Positions 29,040-37,209 of a stretch of DNA of 64,000 nt are shown one piece after another (positions within the stretch are counted from its first letter, which is position 1; every line of letters begins with the position of its first letter). The position numbers were made by a program, and so were the translations under genes. The notes beneath the pieces are model-generated. The model searched no databases, was not told the DNA's origin, and saw nothing but the letters and a program-made list of their open reading frames with translations. This stretch comes from Candidatus Obscuribacteraceae bacterium. Lineage in GTDB: Bacteria > Cyanobacteriota > Vampirovibrionia > Obscuribacterales > Obscuribacteraceae. The DNA is taken from contig JBGAHS010000001.1 of the NCBI GenBank assembly GCA_044226015.1, forward strand, positions 96,001 through 160,000, written 5' to 3'.

Positions 29040-29795
29040 CTAAGCGTTCCCATTGTCTTCTGAGTAGCGAACAACAACCACCGTCACATTGTCTGGCGCT
29101 CCGCCATCCAGAGTCTGATTCACCAGTTCGCCACAAACTTCTTCGGGGTCATTCAAGTTTTCAGTGACTCCGCTGATTTGCTCGTCTCTTAGCACTGTTG
29201 GCAAGCCGTCAGTGCAAAGGACCAACCAATCGTCGTGCTTGACATCGACAGGTGTTAGATCTATTTCTACCTTGTCATCGTGTCCAAGACATCGTGTGAT
29301 TAAGTTCTTATAAGGATTAATGCGCGCTTGTTCTTCTGTGAGTCTTCCTGCTCTTACCATCTCCTGAACTACGGAGTGATCTTGAGTCAACAAAACAGGC
29401 TTACCATCTCTCACCAGATAAGCTCTGGAGTCGCCAACGTGGGCAATTTGCAGTTTGTTGCCATCAGATTGAACTGCTACTACGACTGTGGTTCCCATTC
29501 CTCTAACCGAGGCGTCCTGCTCTGCAACGGAAAAAACTGAGCGATTTGCCAGAAGCACTGCATCCTGCAGCCATTGTTTAATCGCTTCGAGGTCGGAACT
29601 GTGAGGTCGCCGGTCATTCCAGAGCTGTGCGATTGCATCAACCGTTAGCTTGGAAGCTCTTGCGCCACCTAGCGCTCCTCCCATGCCGTCGGCGACCACA
29701 AACACTCTCTCATCCGGGCTGACATAACAATTGTCCTCGTTCTTAGGACGCTGTCTGCCTTCGTGGGTCTTAGAAGCCACACGCCATTTCAGCAT
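29040..29795 (-). CDS. PP2C-family Ser/Thr phosphatase (Stp1/PrpC type)
   Basis: NED, VADGMGG, MGTT, HVGDSRAY, CTDGL, DNVT. ATG 29795 overlaps the upstream stop. Confidence 0.95.
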   Translation of the reverse strand: MLKWRVASKTHEGRQRPKNEDNCYVSPDERVFVVADGMGGALGGARASKLTVDAIAQLWNDRRPHSSDLEAIKQWLQDAVLLANRSVFSVAEQDASVRGMGTTVVVAVQSDGNKLQIAHVGDSRAYLVRDGKPVLLTQDHSVVQEMVRAGRLTEEQARINPYKNLITRCLGHDDKVEIDLTPVDVKHDDWLVLCTDGLPTVLRDEQISGVTENLNDPEEVCGELVNQTLDGGAPDNVTVVVVRYSEDNGNA

Positions 29796-31708
29796 TTTTT
29801 CTCTCCGTTTTCCTGTGCTTTGCCAGAGCCGATTGATTTTGGACTCCACTTTGACAAGCGGATCAATTTCCAAAACATTATTCCCCCTAGAATAATATTC
29901 CCTATCACCATATAGAATCCAGTGTCACGATAGTTTGTCAGAATTCCTGGATTAAGTGCAAGCACCGTCATTATTGAGAGTGCGACGTAGCTGAGTCCGA
30001 TAATGCAAAAAGTAAAAAGTGATTTCTTCAAATTCCGCAATTCATGCACGTTGCGAACGCACTTCCGGCATGGACCTGGCTTCTTGGCTTCCTGGACGGG
30101 CGCAGGCAACAATTTCGTGCTGCCATTTCCATTGGAATTATTGGAATGTTCCTCTCTGACTCTTTTCAGGTTACTGACTGCCATTCCAGCAAGTTGCATC
30201 AGTCCTTGCAAAGTGGAAAGTGCTTCCATGCCTTCTATTGTGATTATCTTCTTGACCAGCGGTCGCACTGCTGAAATGAAGCTGAAGTCTGGCTTCAAAG
30301 TTCTTGCGATGCCTTCCAGTGAACTTCCTGCGCGGAGTATATATGCAAGATTTGCGGGCAGGCGCAGGCTTCGTTCGCTGACTACAGTGTCGATGTCGTG
30401 CTCAAGCTGACGGAAGTCCAGGTCGAAGAGGCTCTTGCCCGCATAGTAATCCATAAACGGCGTTATTGCTCTACCGATTGCGTCGTGATTGGTTCCAGCT
30501 CTGACAACGCCAATATCTGATAAACCTTTGACTAGCGTTTCTGCATCCTTATTTACTGTTGCAATGACACAAGACAAGATGCTTCTTCTTTGTGTTTCTG
30601 TTATTTCGCCAACCATTCCGAAGTCGAAGATTATCAGGTTGCCGCTGCGATCGACTGCAAGGTTGCCCGCATGAGGGTCTGCGTGGAAAACACCCTTGAT
30701 GACAATCTGCTCCAAAAAGGTCGTGATAAGCAGGTTGCCCACTGCTTCGGTGTCAATTCCTTTTTCTCTTAGCTCGTTAACCCGGTCGATTTTTGTGCCT
30801 TCAAGATATTCCAGCGTGAGAACTTTTCGAGCGGAATACTTCCAGATGACTCTGGGAATGCGAATCTTCGGGTTGTCGCGCAGGAGGCGGCGCATTTTGT
30901 CGGCATTTCTGCCTTCGAGTAGATAATCAACTTCGGAAAAGAGGTTTTTGCCAAATTCGTCCGACATCTCAATCCAATTATTGAAATCAAAACGCGCAGG
31001 CTTGCCGTTTTTATTTTTGCGGAACGCGTTGAATTTGGTTTTCCACTCATCGAGCTTGAGCCCAGTTTTAGCCGCCAGGCGCATCAAGCCCAGGTCGCGA
31101 TAGAAGTCGTGAGTGAGTCCGCTGCGCTGAACCTTCAGCACGGCCTGGCGTCCATCGTTCAGCTGAACGCGATGAACCTGACCAATGCTGGCTGAAGCCA
31201 GGGGAATCGGGTCGAAGTAAGCAAACAGCTGCTCAGGCGGAGCGCCGAGTTCTTGAATCACTGTCTGGCGAAGCTGCTCAATTGAAAACGGTGGAACCCT
31301 ATCTTGCAGGCTCGTCAGTTCATCGGCAATCGTGACAGGAAGCAAGTCGCGCCTGACAGAGAGGAACTGTCCGAGCTTGATGTATGTTGGACCCAGGTCT
31401 ATCAACAGCTGCTTCACTGCAGCTGCTGTTCGGCGCTCTAGTTCCTGCTTGCCGAGTTCTTTGCTGGCAAACGAAGTCCACACAGAATTAGTAAAAAAGG
31501 CAAAAAGGCTGCGAGCAACGTGCAGAAAACGTTCGTCGCGCAGACACTGCGGAAAACGCACTGTGGCATCGGCAAGCTCTGCATCGTAAACTTCATGGGG
31601 CAGGTTGTTGACGGAATTGCTCAGGCGTGTCGGCGCGGGTTTAACCGGCAATGCTGGTATTTCCGCCGGTAGTTTTGGTTCTTTCGAGCTGACCATCAGA
31701 CCCGTCAT
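29789..31708 (-). CDS. ABC1/AarF/UbiB atypical kinase
   Basis: LGPTYIKLGQ, LQDRVPP, ASASIGQVH, HADPHAGN, DFGM; two C-terminal TM segments. Confidence 0.95.
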   Translation of the reverse strand: MTGLMVSSKEPKLPAEIPALPVKPAPTRLSNSVNNLPHEVYDAELADATVRFPQCLRDERFLHVARSLFAFFTNSVWTSFASKELGKQELERRTAAAVKQLLIDLGPTYIKLGQFLSVRRDLLPVTIADELTSLQDRVPPFSIEQLRQTVIQELGAPPEQLFAYFDPIPLASASIGQVHRVQLNDGRQAVLKVQRSGLTHDFYRDLGLMRLAAKTGLKLDEWKTKFNAFRKNKNGKPARFDFNNWIEMSDEFGKNLFSEVDYLLEGRNADKMRRLLRDNPKIRIPRVIWKYSARKVLTLEYLEGTKIDRVNELREKGIDTEAVGNLLITTFLEQIVIKGVFHADPHAGNLAVDRSGNLIIFDFGMVGEITETQRRSILSCVIATVNKDAETLVKGLSDIGVVRAGTNHDAIGRAITPFMDYYAGKSLFDLDFRQLEHDIDTVVSERSLRLPANLAYILRAGSSLEGIARTLKPDFSFISAVRPLVKKIITIEGMEALSTLQGLMQLAGMAVSNLKRVREEHSNNSNGNGSTKLLPAPVQEAKKPGPCRKCVRNVHELRNLKKSLFTFCIIGLSYVALSIMTVLALNPGILTNYRDTGFYMVIGNIILGGIMFWKLIRLSKWSPKSIGSGKAQENGEKKC

Positions 31709-31740
31709 TTCCGTTAAAGATGCCCCCTCAATTAACTGAA

Positions 31741-31782
31741 ACCGGCACTCAGTGCAAGGTTGTGCTTACACAAAGTGCCGGT
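31741..31782 (-). other. long intergenic stem-loop
   Basis: ACCGGCACT/AGTGCCGGT perfect 9-bp arms plus inner GTGTAAG/CTTGCAC helix on the minus strand. Confidence 0.7.
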
Positions 31783-31803
31783 AATGAGACTTTGAGGACC
31801 TGC

Positions 31804-32181
31804 TTATACAGCAGCTCTCATTGACTTGAGTTCGGCAAGTTCTGCTCTGAGAGTAGCAAGTTCTGCTCTCAGTTCATTGATTTCGCTGGAATCGCCAAGC
31901 GCGCCCAATGAGAAATCAGAAACTTGTCTTTTCAGCTTTTCGCGAACCTGGCTTTCCAGAACTTCAGAGCGTTGCCATACTTGCTGATAAACTTCACCTG
32001 CAATCTCTTTGACTTTGTCGCGAGATTCGTTGAACTTATCAGAACCCTGAGATTTGTATTCTGTGGCTTTAGCAGTCGCAGCATCGAGGCAATCCTCAAC
32101 GCGCTCACGACCTACTTCGAAAGCAGCTTTAGCCAAGAACAATAGTTTTACGACTGGCCGAAACACTGGCATTACCTCCAT
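31804..32181 (-). CDS. phasin-like coiled-coil protein
   Basis: Amphipathic helical ORF ending SSEINELRAELATLRAEL, directly upstream of an ABC1 kinase, a common pairing. Confidence 0.65.
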   Translation of the reverse strand: MEVMPVFRPVVKLLFLAKAAFEVGRERVEDCLDAATAKATEYKSQGSDKFNESRDKVKEIAGEVYQQVWQRSEVLESQVREKLKRQVSDFSLGALGDSSEINELRAELATLRAELAELKSMRAAV

Positions 32182-32525
32182 CTGGTGAGAAGCTACATAG
32201 CTTCGTCATTTCTAGGACTTTCCAACGGCTGCCTTTCTGCTCAGTCTTGTGATGGGCAGCCTCGGCAACAATTGCTCGGGAAGAGAGACAAAAGATGCTT
32301 GAGATTATACACTAGGAGCTTGCATGGATCCCTCGATATATGCCGCGGGACTCCTTTCTATGACGAAGACGACACAAAGCGCTAAAAGCCCGCAGGTTGC
32401 TAATTTCAGGGAGAGCAGCGCTTGACTTTAAAAACGGGTAGAATTCTCGCAAGCCGGGCTACTGCTCCTTAAATACAGTCTACGTGCCGAATTCGGAAGA
32501 CTACATTCATCTCAAAAGCGAATAT

Positions 32526-33503
32526 ATGAAAAATTTAGCAAATCAGCCAAAGTGCACTGTTCAAGATCAAAAAGAGCACCCATTGAAGGGGACTAAAGAA
32601 GTAACGCTTATTTACGTGCCGATTTTTATCGGAGGTCAACATAAGGGCGCTGCTATGGGTCCAGCGGCTCTGAAAGTGGCAGATCTTCCGAAACAAATTG
32701 AAAAGTTAGGGTTTAAAGTTGCCAATCAGGTGGAAATAACAATGCCGCCTGACGCCTGCTGGTACGAAAAGAATGTGGGCGGCTCACGCTGTTTGCCAGA
32801 AATAAAACAAGTTTCGATTGACGTTGCTGAAGCCGTGGAAGCGGCTATGAAAGCCGGCACCATTCCAATCACCGTAGGTGGTGACCACAGTCTTGCCATA
32901 GGCAGCATCGCTGGTGTCTCAAAATACTACAAAGACAGAAAAGAGGAATTTGGTCTGGTCTGGTTTGACGCGCACGGTGATATCAATACTCCTGATACCA
33001 GTCATAGTGCTAATCTCCACGGAATGCCTCTGGCGATTTCTCTGGGCAAAGGTGATGAGCGCCTCACGCAGTTGCAGGGCTTTTCGCCAAAAGTTGAAGG
33101 GAAACGTACAGTTCTTATTGGGCTTCGCGACGTCGACCCAGGCGAAAAAGACTTGATTCGCGAACTCAACATTCACTCGTTTACGATGAGAGATATCGAT
33201 CAATTGGGAATGGGAATGTTGAGTCAGCTCGTGCTTGAACTTGTTGGCTCAGATATCGATGGCATCCATCTTTCCTTTGATATTGATGTGATGGACCCTG
33301 AAATCGCGCCTGGTGTAACAACGATGGCACCTGGTGGCATGAGTTATCGCGAAGCTCAGCTCGCGCTAACGATGCTTGCAGAAACAGGTTTGATTCGCTC
33401 AATTGATTTTGTGGAACTGAACCCAGCGCGAGATATTCGCAGTCGCACTGCCGAGTTGACGATTGATTTGATCAAGACAACGCTGGGTCATCGCATTATG
33501 TAG
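32526..33503 (+). CDS. rocF: arginase
   Basis: GGDHS, DAHGDINTP, HGMP, SFDID..DP, ELNP. ORF is open from 32484. Confidence 0.93.
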   Translation: MKNLANQPKCTVQDQKEHPLKGTKEVTLIYVPIFIGGQHKGAAMGPAALKVADLPKQIEKLGFKVANQVEITMPPDACWYEKNVGGSRCLPEIKQVSIDVAEAVEAAMKAGTIPITVGGDHSLAIGSIAGVSKYYKDRKEEFGLVWFDAHGDINTPDTSHSANLHGMPLAISLGKGDERLTQLQGFSPKVEGKRTVLIGLRDVDPGEKDLIRELNIHSFTMRDIDQLGMGMLSQLVLELVGSDIDGIHLSFDIDVMDPEIAPGVTTMAPGGMSYREAQLALTMLAETGLIRSIDFVELNPARDIRSRTAELTIDLIKTTLGHRIM

Positions 33504-33526
33504 AGGCCAGTTCGAAGCGCATGCAG

Positions 33527-33719
33527 GCTTGAATCACATTTGCGTGATCGAGCCAGAGCGAGCGAAACGAATTTCATTAAGCATTAAGCGTCAAAGAGTC
33601 AGTTTACGACCTGCGGATAGACTGTGGCGCTATAGATCTGCTTAGCGCTTTTCATACAATTCCTATGGATCGTTTCGCTTAGCGGCTCAGGCTGTGCCGT
33701 TTCGATTTGCTATTCAAGC
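33527..33719 (+). ncRNA. candidate rod-shaped structured RNA (6S-like) or miniature inverted-repeat element
   Basis: Six nested complementary arm pairs span the intergenic region (see findings). Strand inferred from G-U pairs. No family match established. Confidence 0.4.
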
Positions 33720-33734
33720 GAACTTCCTGTCTAG

Positions 33735-36734
33735 CTAACTCGCGATTGGCAGAATGACCCTGGTTTCAGTACCCAAATTGCTGGATGAAATTTCCAGTGA
33801 ACCGCCGTGAATTGCGCTCAAGCGCTGCGCTAATGGCAAGCCTAATCCTGTAACTGGCTTTCCATCAATAAAACGGAAGCGGTCGAAAATCTGGGGCAAA
33901 AGTTCATTATCGATTCCTGGTCCCTGGTCGCGGAATGAAACTGACAATTTGTCACCGGTTCTGTTGATTGCCAGTCCGATGGTGCTGCCTTCTGGAGCCG
34001 CATTAATTGCATTGGACAAAATTATTGAGAATTCGCGTTCGATGAGAGCTTTGTCTCCGCTAACAAGAATTTCCGCACAGTCTGGAGAAACCTCAGCGGT
34101 GAGTTGAATGCCGCGCTCTTCAGCGCTAGCATCAAAGCTTTTGGCTGCTGCTCGAAAAACTGGTATTAGTGGGAATCTCTCATTGCTTAACTGGTAAAGC
34201 CCGGCGTCAATCTTCTCGATGAGCAATAAATCGTTTATTTGTTGGAGCAGTTTTGTCAGTTCTCTTTCAGCTTGTTCGCTAAGTTCCTTTTCGTTCCTGC
34301 CTAATTCTCCATATCCTGCCGCCGATATGAGTTCAAGCCCATTGATGATTGATGTGAGAGGTGTTCGGAGGTCATGATTAATAACCGCAATCAGTTTTTG
34401 CCGTTGAGAATCTGCTTCTCTGATATTGGAAGCAACTTCGCAAAGTCTTGCATCAAGAAACGCAATTTCATCGTTGCCGAGGTAAGAAGCTTTGATTTCA
34501 TGTCCTTCAGCAAAGGTTTTTGCCTTTTCTTGCAGCCCGCGAATTTTCTCGACTATTTTCAATGAGTATGCGCCAACACCAAATATTAGAAGAGCGTTCA
34601 TCAAAGCGGCGAATGTCAGGGCATAAAGAAGTTCGGAGTGAACTGACATTGCTCCGCTATAAGATTTTTCGGTGAATGAGCCTTCTTGCAACATCACTTC
34701 GAAGAGGTCATCCTCAGCGTCGCCGGCAAGAATTTTTGCCTGGCCCACAAGGCGTGGGAGAACCGCCATGCTCAGATTCTCGCCGTTCTTTTTCAGATAG
34801 ATGCCGAATTTCCTGAGCTTGTTGATTGCCGATCTCGAACGTTCTAAGCGGGGATAACTAGGGCTTTGATGTGAAACATGCTCAAGTAACCAATCAAGAT
34901 CTTCAAGTTGTTCATTTGCTAATGGTTCGCAGGCGCCGACGCCCGAAAAGTTCTGCTTATCTAAAGCGCTTGCGACATCAAGCTTCCAAATAAGATGTAC
35001 AGCTAACAGTTCCTCCAATCGAAGCATCACTTCTTTCTGATTTGTAAAAGTCTGAGAGCGTTTTACTTCAGTTTGAAACATGCTGTTCAGCCGATACAGA
35101 ACGACTGATTGAGATAGTGTCAGCGCAAGAAGAACCAAAAGGAAGATGCGAGCCAGGCTACCTTTTGATTTTGCGAAACGCTTTTCGCGAACGGGAACTT
35201 CTGCTGTTTTTGAAGGTGTGATGTTAGCAGGTGAGTTTGGTATCTTGAACCAGAACGCGCTGCCCTCATTCACCACACTGTCTATTCCTACCTGGCCGCC
35301 GTGCGCCTCCACGATTTGCTTCGAGATGAGCAAGCCCAGCCCTGTGCCTGACCGTTTGATTCCGTCTGCAGCTGCCACCTGGCTGAACTCTTTGAATAGC
35401 TTTTCCTGGTCTTCTTGAGAAATTCCAGGTCCTTTATCTATGACGCGAAATTCAATTTGATCTCCTGATTTCTTTACTTCAAGCCGTATCTCTGCACCAT
35501 CTGGAGAGTATTTAATTGCATTGGACAGGAAGTTTACGAGAACTCGTTTAAGCAAGTTGCCGTCTACCTGGCATTGGAAATCATCACCCCTCTGTTGCAG
35601 CTTCACGCCTTTCTTCAGCAATAACGATTCAACTTGATTAGCACAATCAGTAATCAATTCGTTGGTGGACCAATTTTCGTAAACTGGTTCAACATTAGTG
35701 TTTGCGTTAAAGCTTAGTGCCTCTGTCATCGATTTAAGCAGATGCATCAGAGTGTTTAGATTGTTGCGAGCCTTTTGAATATTCTTTCTTGCTCGTTCTT
35801 GCAATGTGGATTTTGCAAGAAGGCTATCAAAGCATCTTCGCACGTCTTCCAGCGCAGCGCTTTGCACCGATTGAAAAAACTCAAGGAAGCTGTGCCTTCG
35901 TTTTTCGTTCTCACTGATCACCGTAGACATCTTATAGAAGCTGTCTTCCAGTGCATTGACTTCGTTTCTGATTCGCTTTGGCGCTGGAAGTAACTCGGCA
36001 TTCATGATGCGCTGGCAACTGTCGGAGAGTTTTGTGATGGGAGTAATAATTACTCTGCTAATCATTTGCATGAGAATTATTGCCAGCAAGATGTTCATGC
36101 CGCCCGCGATGTACAAGAGTACTTGCGGTGAAATGCCCATCAAAGATAGGTTGGAGGGCTGAATTTTTGTGGACAGTGCCGAGTGAATGCGTTTGAACTC
36201 TCCGATGAAACCACGGTAGAGTCCTGTGGTTTGCATCAATACGGCTCTGAAGGAGGCTTTGCCATCCTGATTAAGCTCAGAGTCTGTAATCACCCGGCTC
36301 ATTACTCGAGCAATATGGTAAAACCGACTTCCCAGCTCTTCTACTGGTTTTGTGTCGAGTTCGCACTTCTCCAGCTGTTTTATCAGAGTGCTAACAGCAC
36401 GTTTTGTCTCATGAACACTTTCCTTGAAATATTCGAATGTTCGTGGATTGCCAGCTGCTTTACGCGCGGCGTCTCCCGCGTCAAATGTTTTCTGAGCATC
36501 TTGAAGCAGTTTTGAAACAAGGTTTGAGCATTTGAGAAGCTCATATTCTTTTTCCGAAGACTTCGATGCATTTTGTACTTCGACGCTTAGAACACCGAGA
36601 AAACCTGCTTCGATAGTGGCTACCATCAAGAAGACAGAGAGAAGAGACATTGCAAGCGGCGACGAGAAAACAGCGCGCCAGTTTCTGCGTGCGAACTTTG
36701 TCGTTTTAGTAGTGGTTCCGACGGCCGCTGTCAT
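33735..36734 (-). CDS. tandem double sensor histidine kinase, (TM-sensor-TM-HAMP-DHp-HATPase) x2
   Basis: Two HATPase motif sets (NFLSNAIKY/DKGPGI/GTGLGL and LSNAIN/DQGPGI/TGLGL). H-box NHDLRTPL only in module 2. Confidence 0.9.
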   Translation of the reverse strand: MTAAVGTTTKTTKFARRNWRAVFSSPLAMSLLSVFLMVATIEAGFLGVLSVEVQNASKSSEKEYELLKCSNLVSKLLQDAQKTFDAGDAARKAAGNPRTFEYFKESVHETKRAVSTLIKQLEKCELDTKPVEELGSRFYHIARVMSRVITDSELNQDGKASFRAVLMQTTGLYRGFIGEFKRIHSALSTKIQPSNLSLMGISPQVLLYIAGGMNILLAIILMQMISRVIITPITKLSDSCQRIMNAELLPAPKRIRNEVNALEDSFYKMSTVISENEKRRHSFLEFFQSVQSAALEDVRRCFDSLLAKSTLQERARKNIQKARNNLNTLMHLLKSMTEALSFNANTNVEPVYENWSTNELITDCANQVESLLLKKGVKLQQRGDDFQCQVDGNLLKRVLVNFLSNAIKYSPDGAEIRLEVKKSGDQIEFRVIDKGPGISQEDQEKLFKEFSQVAAADGIKRSGTGLGLLISKQIVEAHGGQVGIDSVVNEGSAFWFKIPNSPANITPSKTAEVPVREKRFAKSKGSLARIFLLVLLALTLSQSVVLYRLNSMFQTEVKRSQTFTNQKEVMLRLEELLAVHLIWKLDVASALDKQNFSGVGACEPLANEQLEDLDWLLEHVSHQSPSYPRLERSRSAINKLRKFGIYLKKNGENLSMAVLPRLVGQAKILAGDAEDDLFEVMLQEGSFTEKSYSGAMSVHSELLYALTFAALMNALLIFGVGAYSLKIVEKIRGLQEKAKTFAEGHEIKASYLGNDEIAFLDARLCEVASNIREADSQRQKLIAVINHDLRTPLTSIINGLELISAAGYGELGRNEKELSEQAERELTKLLQQINDLLLIEKIDAGLYQLSNERFPLIPVFRAAAKSFDASAEERGIQLTAEVSPDCAEILVSGDKALIEREFSIILSNAINAAPEGSTIGLAINRTGDKLSVSFRDQGPGIDNELLPQIFDRFRFIDGKPVTGLGLPLAQRLSAIHGGSLEISSSNLGTETRVILPIAS

Positions 36735-36870
36735 GCAGGTCTGATAATCCTCTTGGGAATTATCCTAATTGCATTATATTCCAATGTAGGCGATTGCGGG
36801 CGCCCGAAATGCCCGAAAATGTTCGCTGATGGGCTATTTCAGATTTTTCGTTACCTTATCGCTTTGGAAC

Positions 36871-37182
36871 CTAGCAAACGGGTCCTGATGGCATTCTTCC
36901 ACCGCAAGCTTTCAGTACTGAGTCGATACGCGCTACCTTGAACACTTTGTAGACGGATGGAGTTACATCTTTCAGTTGAACCAATGAGCTAATCGATTGA
37001 GCCCGCAGCAGAAGTTCTTCCAGCCATTCCAAACCTTCTACAGTGATGAATTTGCACTGAGAAAAATCGAGAACGAGGTCAACATTTCCGTTTGCGAGAG
37101 TCAAATCTACATCATCAACTTGCTTTGATAATGATGCAGGCATTACAAACGTTGCTTGATTTTTTGCTTGAGCAGCTTCCAT
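36871..37182 (-). CDS. STAS-domain protein (anti-sigma-factor antagonist-like)
   Basis: LVLDFSQCKFI..GL..L and VYKVFKVARID; GAGGA RBS. Confidence 0.85.
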   Translation of the reverse strand: MEAAQAKNQATFVMPASLSKQVDDVDLTLANGNVDLVLDFSQCKFITVEGLEWLEELLLRAQSISSLVQLKDVTPSVYKVFKVARIDSVLKACGGRMPSGPVC

Positions 37183-37209
37183 TTCTAAATCCTCAAATCT
37201 GGTTGTGAG

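Noticed and set aside
29796..29873. N-terminal extension of PP2C given in the ORF track
   Set aside because: Lies inside the ABC1 gene; ATG 29795 has an RBS and fits the PP2C domain start.
32422..32444. Sigma70 promoter TTGACT...TAGAAT for arginase
   Set aside because: Spacer is only 11 nt.
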